NCBI RefSeq assembly: GCF_017983795.1
Contig: NZ_JAGOAS010000003.1
Origin: Piscinibacter sp.
GTDB taxonomy: Bacteria; Pseudomonadota; Gammaproteobacteria; Burkholderiales; Burkholderiaceae_C
Strand: one strand, 5' to 3'
Length of the DNA stretch: 64,000 nucleotides
How positions within the stretch are numbered: the first letter of the stretch is position 1; each line of letters begins with the position of its first letter. The notes under the pieces were generated by a model. That model was not told where the DNA came from. It searched no databases and was given only the letters and a program-made list of their open reading frames with translations. A program made the translations under genes and the position numbers. Positions 43,372 to 53,692 of this stretch are shown here, in pieces.

Positions 43372-43755
43372 ATGCCTTCCAAGCCAGCCGCCGAGTCTCG
43401 AACGCGAGCACCTGCCCCGCAGCTGCGCTTTCGCATGCGCGTGACCCAGGGCGAGGTCATCGCCGTCGGGCCGGGCAAGATCGCGCTGCTCGAAGCGGTC
43501 GACAAGACCGGCTCGATCACCGCGGCGGCCAAGAGTCTGGACATGTCCTACCGCCGCGCCTGGCTGCTGCTCGACGAGCTGAACCGTTCGCTGCGCGTCG
43601 CCGCGGTCGATTCGGCCAAGGGCGGGGCGGCGGGCGGCGGCAGCGTGCTCACGCGCGAGGGCCGCGAGTTGATCGCGCTGTACCGGCGCATCGAGGCGAC
43701 CGCCGCGGCCGCCTGCCGCAGCGACATCCGCAAGCTGATGGGCATGCTGGCATGA
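43372..43755 (+). CDS. ModE N-terminal-type winged-helix regulator (no Mop/TOBE domains)
   Basis: IAVGPGKIALLEAVDKTGSITAAAKSLDMSYRRAWLLLDELN matches the ModE/LysR-type HTH N-domain. It is only about 127 aa long. The stop overlaps the next start (ATGA). Confidence 0.7.
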   Translation: MPSKPAAESRTRAPAPQLRFRMRVTQGEVIAVGPGKIALLEAVDKTGSITAAAKSLDMSYRRAWLLLDELNRSLRVAAVDSAKGGAAGGGSVLTREGRELIALYRRIEATAAAACRSDIRKLMGMLA

Positions 43756-44939
43756 AGCTGAACCGTTCGCTGCTCCTGCTCAGCGTCTGCCAGGCGCTCT
43801 TCCTCACCAACAACGTCACCTTCATCGCCATCAACGGGCTGGTCGGGCTGCGGCTCGCGCCGCTCGGCTGGATGGCGACGCTGCCGGTGATGGGCTACGT
43901 GGTCGGCGGCGCGCTGGCCGCCGGCCCGGTGGCGCGCATGCAGGCGCGCTGGGGGCGCCAGCGCAGCTTCCAGATCGGCCTCGTCGTGGCGGCGCTCACC
44001 GCCGCTGGCGGCGCGCTGGCGGTCAGCCTCGGCAGCTTCTGGGGCGTGCTGGCGGCCACCGTGCTGGCCGGCTTCTACAACGCCAACGCGCAGCTCTACC
44101 GCTTCGCCGGGCCGGAGCTGGTGGCGCCCGAGCACAAGGCGCAGGCGATCTCCTTCGTGATGGCCGGCGGCGTGGCCGGTGCCTTCATCGGCCCGAACCT
44201 CGCCAACGCGACGCGCGACTGGCTGCCTGCGCCCTTCGCGGGTGCCTACGTGGCCCTGGTCGGCGTGGCGCTGCTGGGCCTGGCGGTGATGTCGATGATC
44301 CGCTTCCCGGCGCATGCCGCGCCGGCGCCGGGCAGCGATCGCGGCCGCAGCGTCGCCGAGCTGGCGCGCCAGCCGGCCTTCGTCGTCGCGGTGGCCGCGG
44401 CGGCGCTCGCCTACGGCGTGATGAACCTGCTGATGGCGGCCACGCCGCTGGCCATGCAGCGCTGCGGACTGCCGTTCCGCGACGCGGCGCTGGTGATCGA
44501 GTGGCACGTGCTGGGCATGTTCGTGCCGGCCTTCTTCACCGGCCACCTGATCCAGCGTTTCGGCACCCTGCGCGTGATGGTGGCCGGCGTGCTGCTCAAC
44601 CTGGCCTGCGTCGCCATCGCGCTGACGGGGCTCGAGCTGGAGCGCTTCCTGGCGGCCTTGCTGCTGCTGGGCATCGGCTGGAACTTCCTCTTCACCGGCG
44701 CGACCACGCTGCTGACCACCACCTACCAGCCCCACGAGCGCACGCGCGCGCAGGGCGCGATGGACTTCTGCGTCTTCAGCACCACCGCCGTCACCTCGTT
44801 CGCCTCGGGCGCGCTGGTGACGACCCAGGGCTGGTTCCTGCTCAACCTGGGATCGCTGGTGCCGCTGTCGATGGTGGCGCTGGCGCTGGCGTGGCTGGCG
44901 CGGCGCCCACGCGTGCCGCAAGCGGTCGCCGGACCGTAG
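43752..44939 (+). CDS. MFS transporter
   Basis: 395 aa and multi-TM. It is translationally coupled to the ModE-like gene. Confidence 0.8.
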   Translation: MKLNRSLLLLSVCQALFLTNNVTFIAINGLVGLRLAPLGWMATLPVMGYVVGGALAAGPVARMQARWGRQRSFQIGLVVAALTAAGGALAVSLGSFWGVLAATVLAGFYNANAQLYRFAGPELVAPEHKAQAISFVMAGGVAGAFIGPNLANATRDWLPAPFAGAYVALVGVALLGLAVMSMIRFPAHAAPAPGSDRGRSVAELARQPAFVVAVAAAALAYGVMNLLMAATPLAMQRCGLPFRDAALVIEWHVLGMFVPAFFTGHLIQRFGTLRVMVAGVLLNLACVAIALTGLELERFLAALLLLGIGWNFLFTGATTLLTTTYQPHERTRAQGAMDFCVFSTTAVTSFASGALVTTQGWFLLNLGSLVPLSMVALALAWLARRPRVPQAVAGP

Positions 44940-45636
44940 CGCTGTCGGGCTCGTTGCCGCTGCTGACGCGGCCGGCGGCCAGGTGCACCACCTGCTCGGC
45001 GAGTTCGGCCATGTCCTCGTCGTCGTGCGTGATGAGCAGCATGGGCAGGCGCAGCTGGGTCTGCAGCTCCAGCAGCTCCTGGCGCAGCTGCTCGCGCAGG
45101 TGGCGGTCGAGCGCGGCGAAGGGCTCGTCGAGCAGCAGCGCCGCCGGCTCGTTGACCAGCGCGCGCGCCAGCGCCGTGCGCTGGCGCTGGCCACCCGAGA
45201 TCTGGTGCGGGAAGTGGTCGACCAGCGCCTGCAAATGGAAGCGCGCGATCCACTCGTCGACGCGCGCGTTCGCGCTCGCGCGCGAGGGGTTGCGCCAGCC
45301 CTTGCTGTTGGCGAAGGCGATGTTCTGGCGCACCGTCAGGTGCGGGAAGAGGGCGTAGTCCTGGAACACGTAGGCGAGGCGGCGCTCCTGCGGCGAGAGC
45401 GACACGCCGGCATCCGAATCGAACAGCACGCGCCCGGCCACGGTGAGCCGCCCGGCATCGGGCGTCACGATGCCGGAGATCATGCGCAGCGTCTGCGTCT
45501 TGCCGGCGCCCGAGGGGCCGTGCAGCACGACGCGCTGCGCATCGCTGGCGAAGTGCACGTCGAGCTCGAAGCGGCTCGCGCCATGGCGCAGCTGCTTGCG
45601 CAGAGAGATCTCCCACATGGCCGTGCCCGTGCTCAT
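44842..45636 (-). CDS. modC: Molybdate ABC transporter ATP-binding protein (ABC domain only, no TOBE domain)
   Basis: Walker A (GPSGAGKTQT), signature (ISGGQRQRTALARAL) and Walker B (LLLDEPFAALD). A low-complexity tail of about 40 aa follows the ABC domain. The gene follows modB with an ATGA overlap. Confidence 0.8.
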   Translation of the reverse strand: MSTGTAMWEISLRKQLRHGASRFELDVHFASDAQRVVLHGPSGAGKTQTLRMISGIVTPDAGRLTVAGRVLFDSDAGVSLSPQERRLAYVFQDYALFPHLTVRQNIAFANSKGWRNPSRASANARVDEWIARFHLQALVDHFPHQISGGQRQRTALARALVNEPAALLLDEPFAALDRHLREQLRQELLELQTQLRLPMLLITHDDEDMAELAEQVVHLAAGRVSSGNEPDSATVRRPLAARVGAAPATPAPAPPSTAAPAIPG

Positions 45637-46307
45637 GCGCGCACCAGCACGCGCCCGGGCACCAGGCGGCCGGCGCTGAGCAGCACGGCGATGCAGGTGA
45701 TCGAGGTGACCGCGACGAGGAAGTTGGCGCTGTCGTCCTGGCCCGCCTGCACCGCCTCGTAGACGGCGATCGACAGCGTCTGCGTCTTGCCGACGATGCT
45801 GCCGGCCACCATCAGCGTGGCGCCGAATTCGCCCAGCGCGCGCGCGAACGACAGCAGCAGCCCGGCGAGGATGCCGCGCCAGGCCAGCGGCAGCGAGATG
45901 CGGAAGAAGATCGCGAGCTCGCTCAGGCCGAGCGTGCGCGCCGCGTCTTCGAGCTGCGGGTCGACATTCTCGAAGGCCGCGCGCGCCGCCTTGAACACCA
46001 GCGGGAAGGCGACGATGGTGGCCGCGATCACCGCCGCCTGCCAGGTGAAGATGAGGCGGATGCCGAAGTGCTGCAGCAGCCAGGCGCCGATGACGCCCTG
46101 GCTGCCGATCAGCACCAGCAGGTAGTAGCCCAGCACCGTCGGCGGCATGACCATCGGCAGCGTCAACGCGGCATCGACGAGGTCGCGCCCCGGAAAGTGC
46201 CAGCGCGCCATCGCGAAGCCGACCGCCACGCCCAGGATCAGGTTGAGGAAGGTCGCCCAGCCCGCCACCTTGAGGGTGAGGGCGAGTGCGATCCAGGCGC
46301 CTTCCAT
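45633..46307 (-). CDS. modB: Molybdate ABC transporter permease
   Basis: EAA-loop region (ARTLGLSELAIFFRISLPLA) and FARALGEFGATLMVAG. The start is set at MEGAWIAL. Confidence 0.9.
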   Translation of the reverse strand: MEGAWIALALTLKVAGWATFLNLILGVAVGFAMARWHFPGRDLVDAALTLPMVMPPTVLGYYLLVLIGSQGVIGAWLLQHFGIRLIFTWQAAVIAATIVAFPLVFKAARAAFENVDPQLEDAARTLGLSELAIFFRISLPLAWRGILAGLLLSFARALGEFGATLMVAGSIVGKTQTLSIAVYEAVQAGQDDSANFLVAVTSITCIAVLLSAGRLVPGRVLVRA

Positions 46308-46326
46308 GCTTGCTGCTCCAGCAGAT

Positions 46327-47076
46327 TCAGGGCTTGCCGAAGCCGTATTTCGCCAGCACGGCCTGGGCCGGTGGCGTGAACAGAAAGTCGACAAACTTCG
46401 CGGCCTCGCCCGGGTTCGGTGCGCCCGTCAGCATGGCGATCGGGTAGAGGATGGGCCTGGTGGTCGGCACCGTGAAGGCGACCTTCACCTTGCCGGGCAT
46501 GATGGCCGCGTCGGTGGCGTAGACGAAGCCGGCATCGACCTCGGCGCGCGCCACGTAGTCGAGCGCCTGGCGCACCGAACTGGCGCCGATCATCTTCGGC
46601 TCGATCGCGCCCCAGAGCTTGGCCGCTTCGAGCACGCCCTTGGTATAGCGCCCGACCGGCACGCTGGCCGGCTGACCGATGGCGACGCGTGCGTAGCCGG
46701 GCTGGGCGACCTCGGCGAGTGCGGCGGGCATCTTCGCGGCGCCGGCCGGCACGATGACCACCAGCGCGTTCGACACCAGATCGCGCCGCTGCGCGGCCTT
46801 GACCAGCCCCTGGCCCTGCGCCTGGTCCATGGTTTCCTCGTCGGCGCTGACGAACACGTCGGCCGGAGCGCCCTTGGCGATCTGCGCCAGCAGCGCGCCC
46901 GAGGCGCCGAAGTTGAGCTGCACCTTGCTGCCCGGATGCGCGGCCTCGAACAGCGGCGCGATGTCCTTGAAGGCGTTGCTCAGGCTCGCGGCCGCCGAGA
47001 CCGTGATCTCGCCGGCCTGTGCGGCCAGCGAGACGGAGGAGGCGAACAGCAGCGCGAAGAGGCGCAGCGATGTCAT
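46327..47076 (-). CDS. modA: Molybdate ABC transporter substrate-binding protein
   Basis: Signal peptide, ITVSAAASL, QLNFGASGAL, DVFVSAD and VPVGRY. Length is 249 aa. Confidence 0.9.
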   Translation of the reverse strand: MTSLRLFALLFASSVSLAAQAGEITVSAAASLSNAFKDIAPLFEAAHPGSKVQLNFGASGALLAQIAKGAPADVFVSADEETMDQAQGQGLVKAAQRRDLVSNALVVIVPAGAAKMPAALAEVAQPGYARVAIGQPASVPVGRYTKGVLEAAKLWGAIEPKMIGASSVRQALDYVARAEVDAGFVYATDAAIMPGKVKVAFTVPTTRPILYPIAMLTGAPNPGEAAKFVDFLFTPPAQAVLAKYGFGKP

Positions 47077-47099
47077 GAAGCGGGAGGGCGTGGACGGTG

Positions 47100-47123
47100 C
47101 GACATGTTCCAGTATACATATCG
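47100..47123. promoter_or_regulatory. Candidate ModE-type operator (Mo-box) in the modA/selD divergent region
   Basis: An imperfect palindrome, CGACATGT-N8-ACATATCG, with half-sites matching 7/8. It contains cATgT-N7-TACAT (compare the E. coli ModE consensus TATAT-N7-TAYAT). It is an AT-rich island 24-47 nt upstream of the modA start. Confidence 0.35.
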
Positions 47124-47196
47124 CCAGGCCATGCCCACATCGACTTGGCTATGCTCGCGCTCCTGCGCAAGAGCCCCCGAGCCGAACGAACCGACC

Positions 47197-48258
47197 ATGA
47201 ACGCCGCCGAGAAACCCGCCGAACCGCGCCTGACTTCGCTCTCGCATGGCGGCGGCTGCGGCTGCAAGATCGCGCCCGGCGTGCTGTCGAAAATCCTCGA
47301 GGGCACGGCGGCGATGCCGATGCCCAAGGAACTGCTGGTGGGCATCGAAACGTCCGACGACGCGGCGGTCTACCAGCTCAACGACGAGCAGGCGCTGATT
47401 GCCACCACCGATTTCTTCATGCCCATCGTCGACGATCCGTTCGACTTCGGGCGCATCGCCGCCACCAACGCGATCAGCGACGTCTACGCGATGGGCGGCC
47501 GGCCCATCCTCGCGCTGGCGCTGGTGGGCATGCCCATCAACGTGCTGTCGACGCAGACCATCGGCCGCATCCTCGAAGGCGGCGCCGCGGTCTGCGGCGC
47601 GGCCGGCATTCCGGTGGCGGGCGGCCACACCATCGACTCGGTCGAGGCGATCTACGGCCTGGTCGCGCTCGGGCTGGTGCACCCGAAGCACGTCAAGCGC
47701 AATGCCGATGCCAAGCCGGGCGACGTGCTGGTGCTCGGCAAGCCGCTCGGCGTGGGCGTGATGAGCGCGGCCTTGAAGAAGGGCGAGCTCGGTGAGGCCG
47801 GCTATGCGCAGATGATCGCCAGCACCACGCGGCTCAATACGCCGGGGCCGGATCTCGCCGCGCTGCCCGGCGTGCATGCCCTGACCGACGTCACCGGCTT
47901 CGGCCTCGCCGGCCACGCGCTCGAGATGGCGCGCGGCGCGCGCTGCCGCGTCGAGATCGACTGGGCCAGCGTGCCGCTGCTGCCGGGCGTGCGCGAGCTC
48001 GCGGCGCGCGGCCTGGTGACCGGTGCCTCGGGCCGCAACTGGGCCGGCTACGGGCAGGACGTGCGTCTGCCGGAGGGCTTCGCCGCCGAAGACCGCGCCC
48101 TGCTCACCGACCCGCAGACCAGCGGCGGGCTGCTGGTGGCCTGCGCGCCGCAGGCCGTGGGCGAGGTGCAGGCTGTGTTCGCGCGGCACGGCTTCGCGCA
48201 GCCCCGCGTCGTCGGCCGTGTCGTCGAGGGTGAAGCGGGTACCTTGGCCGTGCGCTGA
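47197..48258 (+). CDS. selD: Selenide, water dikinase (Cys type)
   Basis: LTSLSHGGGCGCKIAPGVL, DDAAVY and TTDFFMPIVDDP. There is no in-frame TGA at the active site. Confidence 0.9.
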   Translation: MNAAEKPAEPRLTSLSHGGGCGCKIAPGVLSKILEGTAAMPMPKELLVGIETSDDAAVYQLNDEQALIATTDFFMPIVDDPFDFGRIAATNAISDVYAMGGRPILALALVGMPINVLSTQTIGRILEGGAAVCGAAGIPVAGGHTIDSVEAIYGLVALGLVHPKHVKRNADAKPGDVLVLGKPLGVGVMSAALKKGELGEAGYAQMIASTTRLNTPGPDLAALPGVHALTDVTGFGLAGHALEMARGARCRVEIDWASVPLLPGVRELAARGLVTGASGRNWAGYGQDVRLPEGFAAEDRALLTDPQTSGGLLVACAPQAVGEVQAVFARHGFAQPRVVGRVVEGEAGTLAVR

Positions 48259-48348
48259 AGCGGCGGGGAAAACCCCCCCGGTGCGCGGGAAGGCGGTTCG
48301 TAGAATCTTTGTGCCCTGCACAACGAGACACATCGGAGCCCCCTGCCC

Positions 48349-48945
48349 ATGGCTGCAACCCGTCGAACGCCCAAGGCCACCCCGGAAGCGAGCGCGACCA
48401 AGGCCGACGAATCCTCGGTGCGCGTGCTGAAGAAGTACCCGAACCGCCGCCTCTACGACACGCAATCGAGCAGCTACATCACGCTGGCCGACGTCAAGCA
48501 GATGGTGATGGAGGGCGATGCCTTCGTGGTGCGCGACGCCAAGAGCGGCGAAGACCTCACGCGCAGCATCCTGCTGCAGATCATCCTCGAGGAAGAGACC
48601 GGTGGCGTGCCGATCTTCAGCACGCAGATGCTCTCGCAGATCATCCGCTTCTACGGCCACGCCATGCAGGGCATGATGGGTTCATACCTCGAGAAGAACC
48701 TGCAGACCTTCACCGACATCCAGCAGCGCATCGCCGAGCAGTCCAAGGGCCTGTACGACCCGAAGGCGATGAACCCCGAGCTGTGGACGCAGTTCCTGCA
48801 AGGCCAGGCGCCGGCGATGCAGGGCCTGATGGGCAACTACCTCGAGCAGAGCAAGGCCATGTTCATGCAGATGCAGGAGCAGATGGCCAAGCAGGCCGAG
48901 ACGCTGTTCCCCGGCATGGGCGCTCTGCACCCGCCCAAGCGCTGA
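48349..48945 (+). CDS. phaR: Polyhydroxyalkanoate synthesis repressor PhaR
   Basis: LKKYPNRRLYDTQSSSYITLADVKQMV and TRSILLQIILEEE. Confidence 0.9.
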   Translation: MAATRRTPKATPEASATKADESSVRVLKKYPNRRLYDTQSSSYITLADVKQMVMEGDAFVVRDAKSGEDLTRSILLQIILEEETGGVPIFSTQMLSQIIRFYGHAMQGMMGSYLEKNLQTFTDIQQRIAEQSKGLYDPKAMNPELWTQFLQGQAPAMQGLMGNYLEQSKAMFMQMQEQMAKQAETLFPGMGALHPPKR

Positions 48946-48949
48946 TCGC

Positions 48950-50104
48950 TCAGCCCAGCACGACCGGCAGCTTCGCCCAGCCGCCCACCGGCGAGACGGC
49001 GCGCTCGGCCGGCTGCTGCGCATCGAGCGCGATCGAGGAAGTCGCGGCGAGCAGCTCCCGCAGCAGGATGCGCATCTGCAGCGTCGCCAGCAGGCGACCC
49101 GGGCAGACATGCTTGCCGATGCCGTAGACGAGGTTGTGCGGTGCGTTGCGCTGCGCATCCATTGCGTCGGCGTCACCGAATACGGCTTCGTCGCGGTTCG
49201 CCGAAGTCCAGTTCAGCTTCACGCGCGCGCCTTCGGGCAGCGCCACGCCGCCGATCGTGACCGGGCAGGTCGTCACGCGGCGGTTGGAGACGAAGGGATC
49301 GTCGATGCGCAGGATCTCGTCGATGACGGCATCGAACTCGGCATCCGGCACGCCCGGAGCACGCAGCCGGCTCTGCAGCGCCGGCTGCGTGGCGAGGTGA
49401 TGCAGCAGCACGCCGACGCACAGCGCCATCGAGCCCAGGTCGCCGCCCGTCCAGTTGCGCAGCACGGAGACGATCTGCGCCTCGCTGAGCGGCTTGCCGT
49501 TCACCTCGGTGCGCATCAGCCGCGCGGTGACGTTGTCGGCATCGTGCTCGCGCGCCGTGGCGCGGCAATGGTCGAGCACCGTGCGGATGATGTCGTCGAA
49601 GGACTGCGCCACCCGCTGCGTCCGGGCGCGGTCGCCCGAGCGCGTCGCGGCATGGTTCTCGGCCACCCAGGCGACGAGGCGCTCTTCCAGATCGGCCGGC
49701 CAGCTCAGCCAGACGCTCTGCGCCCGCACCGCGTAGCGCGCGCCGAGCTGCGACACCGCATCGACGGCCACGCCGCGCGGCAACGCGGCGAGCAGCTCGG
49801 CCGCGACGCGGCGAAAGCGCTCGTGGAAGGGGGCGAGCGCCTCGCCGTCGAGGAAGACGTCCAGCGCCGCGCGGTAGGCCGTGTGCTCGTCGCCATCGAG
49901 GCCGTTCGGGATCTGCAGGTGGCTCGACACCGCGTTGGAGAAGCGCTCGTGGTCGAGCGCCGCCTGCACCACCAGCGCGTGCCTCAGCAGCACCCACTCG
50001 CCCTGGGCGTTGCGCACGATGCCGTGCAGGGGACGCAGCGGGTCGGTATAGGCCCGCGGGTCTTTGCCGACGACGGAGAGCTCGTCGGGGATGTGATCGG
50101 TCAT
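48950..50104 (-). CDS. Cytochrome P450
   Basis: Heme-binding loop [14 protein letters not shown] and ExxR (EILR). Length is 384 aa. Confidence 0.85.
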   Translation of the reverse strand: MTDHIPDELSVVGKDPRAYTDPLRPLHGIVRNAQGEWVLLRHALVVQAALDHERFSNAVSSHLQIPNGLDGDEHTAYRAALDVFLDGEALAPFHERFRRVAAELLAALPRGVAVDAVSQLGARYAVRAQSVWLSWPADLEERLVAWVAENHAATRSGDRARTQRVAQSFDDIIRTVLDHCRATAREHDADNVTARLMRTEVNGKPLSEAQIVSVLRNWTGGDLGSMALCVGVLLHHLATQPALQSRLRAPGVPDAEFDAVIDEILRIDDPFVSNRRVTTCPVTIGGVALPEGARVKLNWTSANRDEAVFGDADAMDAQRNAPHNLVYGIGKHVCPGRLLATLQMRILLRELLAATSSIALDAQQPAERAVSPVGGWAKLPVVLG

Positions 50105-50157
50105 GGGAAGAAATTGTCCACCAAGCCTTGCCGGGGCGGATCGGCGAAAATCAAAGC

Positions 50158-51543
50158 ATGAGCGATTCCTCCACCGCCGCGCCCGCGGCCACGCCGAAGA
50201 TCGGCTTCGTCTCGCTGGGCTGCCCCAAGGCGCTGACCGACTCCGAGCTGATCCTCACGCAGCTGCGCGCCGAGGGCTACGACACCTCCAAGACCTTCGC
50301 CGGGGCCGACCTGGTGATCGTCAACACCTGCGGCTTCATCGACGAGGCCGTGAAGGAAAGCCTGGACACCATCGGCGAGGCGCTGGCCGAGAACGGCAAG
50401 GTGATCGTCACCGGCTGCCTGGGCGCGAAGGCCGGGCAGGGCGGCGGCACGCTCGTCTCCGAGATCCACCCCAGCGTGCTCGCGGTGACCGGCCCGCACG
50501 CCACCGCCGAGGTGATGGACGCGGTGCACCTGCACGTGCCCAAGCCGCACGACCCCTTCGTCGACCTGGTGCCGCCCCAGGGCATCAAGCTCACGCCCAG
50601 GCACTACGCCTATCTCAAGATCAGCGAAGGCTGCAACCACCGCTGCACCTTCTGCATCATCCCCAGCATGCGCGGCGACCTGGTCTCGCGCCCGGTGGGC
50701 GACGTGCTCTCCGAGGCGCAGCGCCTGTTCGAGTCGGGCGTGAAGGAGCTGCTGGTGATCAGCCAGGACACCAGCGCCTACGGCGTCGACGTCAAATACC
50801 GCACCGGCTTCTGGGACGGCAAGCCGGTCAAGACGCGCATGACCGAGCTGTGCGAGCAGCTCGCGCGGCTGGCCGAAGTGCATGGCGCCTGGGTGCGGCT
50901 GCACTACGTCTATCCGTACCCGCATGTCGACGAGATCCTGCCACTGATGGCGTCGGGCCGCATCCTCCCGTACCTCGACGTGCCCTTCCAGCATTCGCAT
51001 CCCGAGGTGCTCAAGCGCATGAAGCGGCCGGCCAGCGGCGAGAAGAACCTCGAACGCCTGCAACGCTGGCGCGAGGCCTGCCCCGAGCTGGTGGTGCGCA
51101 GCACCTTCATCGCCGGCTTCCCGGGCGAAACCGAAGCCGAGTTCGAGCACCTGCTCGACTTCATCCGCGAGGCGCAGATCGATCGCGCCGGCTGCTTCGC
51201 CTATTCGCCGGTGGAAGGCGCAGCTGCCAACGAGCTGCCGGGCCTGCTGAGCGCCGAACTGCGCGAGGAGCGTCGTGCACGCTTCATGGCGGTGGCGGAA
51301 GAAGTGTCGACGCGCAAGCTCGCCGCACGCGTGGGCGCGACCATGCAGGTGCTGATCGACGAGGCGCCGGCACTCGGCCGCCGCGGCGGGGTGGGGCGCA
51401 GTTATGCCGACGCGCCGGAGATCGACGGCCGCGTGCGCCTGCTGCCGCCGGAGAAGGCGTCGAAGACGCTCAAGGTCGGCGAGTTCACGCGCGCACGCAT
51501 CATCGCCACCGAAGGCCACGACCTGGTCGGCGTGGCGCTCTGA
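50158..51543 (+). CDS. rimO: Ribosomal protein S12 methylthiotransferase
   Basis: [17 protein letters not shown], the radical SAM motif CNHRCTFC, and a TRAM C-terminus. Confidence 0.9.
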   Translation: MSDSSTAAPAATPKIGFVSLGCPKALTDSELILTQLRAEGYDTSKTFAGADLVIVNTCGFIDEAVKESLDTIGEALAENGKVIVTGCLGAKAGQGGGTLVSEIHPSVLAVTGPHATAEVMDAVHLHVPKPHDPFVDLVPPQGIKLTPRHYAYLKISEGCNHRCTFCIIPSMRGDLVSRPVGDVLSEAQRLFESGVKELLVISQDTSAYGVDVKYRTGFWDGKPVKTRMTELCEQLARLAEVHGAWVRLHYVYPYPHVDEILPLMASGRILPYLDVPFQHSHPEVLKRMKRPASGEKNLERLQRWREACPELVVRSTFIAGFPGETEAEFEHLLDFIREAQIDRAGCFAYSPVEGAAANELPGLLSAELREERRARFMAVAEEVSTRKLAARVGATMQVLIDEAPALGRRGGVGRSYADAPEIDGRVRLLPPEKASKTLKVGEFTRARIIATEGHDLVGVAL

Positions 51544-51554
51544 ACGGGGCGAGC

Positions 51555-52745
51555 ATGACGACGAAGAAGGCCGATCCCGCCACCGCGCTGATCCACCACC
51601 CTTATCACCCGCCGCAAGGCTTCGAGGCGCCGCAGCCCGGCGTCTTCAAGGCCTCGACGGTGATCTTCCCGAACGTCGCGGCGCTGCGCGCGCGCAACTG
51701 GAAGAGCAAGTCCGGCTACACCTACGGCCTGCACGGCACGCCGACCACCTTCACGCTGGAAGAGCGCATCGCCACGCTGGAAGGCGGGCTGCAGACGCTG
51801 CTGGTGCCCAGCGGCTTGGCCTCGATCGCGCTGGTCGACATGGCGCTGCTGAAGGCCGGCGACGAACTGCTGATCCCCGACAACGCCTACGGCCCGAACA
51901 AGGAGCTGGCGCGCAACGAGCTGGCCGGCTGGGGCATCACGCACCGCTTCTACGATGCGATGGACCCGGCCTCGCTGGCCGCGGCGATCACGCCGGCGAC
52001 CAAGCTCGTGTGGCTGGAGGCCGCGGGCTCGGTGACGATGGAGTTCCCCGACCTGCGCGCCCTGGTGCGCATCGCGCGCGAGCGCGGCATCCTGGTCGCG
52101 CTCGACAACACCTGGGGCGCGGGCATCGCCTTCGACGCCTTCGATCTGGGCGAGGGCCTGGCCGTCGACATCAGCGCGCACGCGCTGACCAAATACCCGA
52201 GCGGCGGCGGCGACGTGCTGATGGGCGCCGTCACCACGCGCGACGAGGCCCTGCACCTGAAGCTCAAGTTCGCCCACATGCGCATGGGCTGGGGCGTCGG
52301 CGCCAACGACGCCGAGGCCGTGCTGCGCGCGCTGCCCTCGCTGCCGCTGCGCTACGCCGCGCAGGACGCGGCCGGGCGGCGCCTCGCGCAATGGTGGGCG
52401 GCGCAGCCGCAGGTGGCGCAGCTGCTGCACCCGGCGCTGCCGGGCTCGCCGGGGCACGAGCATTGGGCAAGCCATTGCCGCGCGGCGGCCGGGCTGTTCT
52501 CGGTGGTGTTCGACGAACGCATCGCCGCCGAGCGCATCGATGCCTTCGTCGATGCGCTGCGCCTGTTCAAGCTCGGTTATTCCTGGGCCGGCCCGGTGAG
52601 CCTGGCGGTGCCCTATGCGCTGGGCGGCATGCGCGAGCGTCCGGCGTGGAAGGGCGCGCTGGTGCGCTTCTCGCTCGGCCTGGAGAATGTGGACGACCTG
52701 ATTGCCGACAGCGAACAGGCGCTCAAAGCCTCAGGCCTTGCTTGA
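51555..52745 (+). CDS. metC: Cystathionine beta-lyase (PLP-dependent)
   Basis: [22 protein letters not shown] and the PLP-lysine context [15 protein letters not shown]. Length is 396 aa. Confidence 0.85.
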   Translation: MTTKKADPATALIHHPYHPPQGFEAPQPGVFKASTVIFPNVAALRARNWKSKSGYTYGLHGTPTTFTLEERIATLEGGLQTLLVPSGLASIALVDMALLKAGDELLIPDNAYGPNKELARNELAGWGITHRFYDAMDPASLAAAITPATKLVWLEAAGSVTMEFPDLRALVRIARERGILVALDNTWGAGIAFDAFDLGEGLAVDISAHALTKYPSGGGDVLMGAVTTRDEALHLKLKFAHMRMGWGVGANDAEAVLRALPSLPLRYAAQDAAGRRLAQWWAAQPQVAQLLHPALPGSPGHEHWASHCRAAAGLFSVVFDERIAAERIDAFVDALRLFKLGYSWAGPVSLAVPYALGGMRERPAWKGALVRFSLGLENVDDLIADSEQALKASGLA

Positions 52746-53189
52746 GACCTTGTGCCGCATCAGGCGGCCCTTCTCGCGCTCCCAGTCCTTCTTCTTCTCG
52801 GTGTCGCGCTTGTCGTGCTCGGCCTTGCCCTTGGCCAGCGCGATCTCGGCCTTCACTCGGCCGCCCTTGTAGTGCAGGTCCAGCGGCACCAGGGTGAAGC
52901 CCTTCTGCTCGACCTTGGCCGAAAGGCGGCGGATCTGCTCCTTGTGCATCAGCAGCTTCTTGGTGCGGTCGGCCTCGGGGTGCACGTGGGTGGACGCGCT
53001 GCGCAGCGCGTTGATGCGGCAGCCGATCAGGTGCAGTTCGCCGTCGCGGATCACCACGTAGCCGTCGGTCAACTGCACCTGGCCGGCGCGGATGGCCTTG
53101 ATCTCCCAGCCTTCGAGCACGATGCCGGCCTCGAAGCGCTCCTCGATGTGGTAGTCGTAGCGGGCGCGGCGGTTTTCGGCGATGGACAT
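52731..53189 (-). CDS. smpB: SsrA-binding protein
   Basis: [33 protein letters not shown] and RTKKLLMHK. It makes a 15-nt convergent overlap with metC. Confidence 0.95.
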   Translation of the reverse strand: MSIAENRRARYDYHIEERFEAGIVLEGWEIKAIRAGQVQLTDGYVVIRDGELHLIGCRINALRSASTHVHPEADRTKKLLMHKEQIRRLSAKVEQKGFTLVPLDLHYKGGRVKAEIALAKGKAEHDKRDTEKKKDWEREKGRLMRHKVSSKA

Positions 53190-53236
53190 GGGAAGCGAGA
53201 TGAGGCCGGAGGCCGCCAATACAATCGCGCGATTGT

Positions 53237-53692
53237 ATGAAGCACGTGAAGAAGTCCGTCTTGCTGTGGTACTCCCCGCACGAGATGTACTCGCTCGTCA
53301 CCGGCATTCCCGATTACCCCAAGTTCCTGCCCTGGTGCGAGCGCGCCGAGGTGATCGAGCAGCACGAGGCCGGCATGACCGCGCGGCTGCACCTGCACTA
53401 CGCCGGCGTGCGCCATGCCTTCACGACGCGCAACACGCACGTGACCGACGCCTCGGTGGAGGTCGATCTGGTCGATGGCCCGTTCTCGCTGCTCGAGGGC
53501 CTGTGGCGCTTCGTGCCGCTGGCCATGCCGGGCGACGACGAGGCGCAGGCCTGCCGCATCGAGTTCGACCTGCGCTACGCCTTCAGCAGCAAGGCGCTGG
53601 AGGCGGTGGTCAGTCCGGTGTTCGACCGCGTCGCCAACACCTTCGTCGATTCCTTCGTGCGCCGCGCGGAGGACGTCTATGGCGCCCGCTGA
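53237..53692 (+). CDS. ratA: RatA family (SRPBCC) ribosome-association toxin / CoQ-binding protein homologue
   Basis: A 151-aa SRPBCC-like protein (YPKFLPWC) in the conserved position divergent from smpB. Confidence 0.85.
   Translation: MKHVKKSVLLWYSPHEMYSLVTGIPDYPKFLPWCERAEVIEQHEAGMTARLHLHYAGVRHAFTTRNTHVTDASVEVDLVDGPFSLLEGLWRFVPLAMPGDDEAQACRIEFDLRYAFSSKALEAVVSPVFDRVANTFVDSFVRRAEDVYGAR

Noticed and set aside
44842-45636. modC considered as a pseudogene because it lacks a TOBE domain and overlaps the MFS gene.
   Set aside because: The ABC domain is intact with all motifs and is coupled to modB. I kept it as a CDS and flagged the odd C-terminus as a finding.
47197-48258. Possible selenocysteine (in-frame TGA) in selD.
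   Set aside because: The active-site region reads GGGCGCK with Cys codons, and there is no in-frame TGA.
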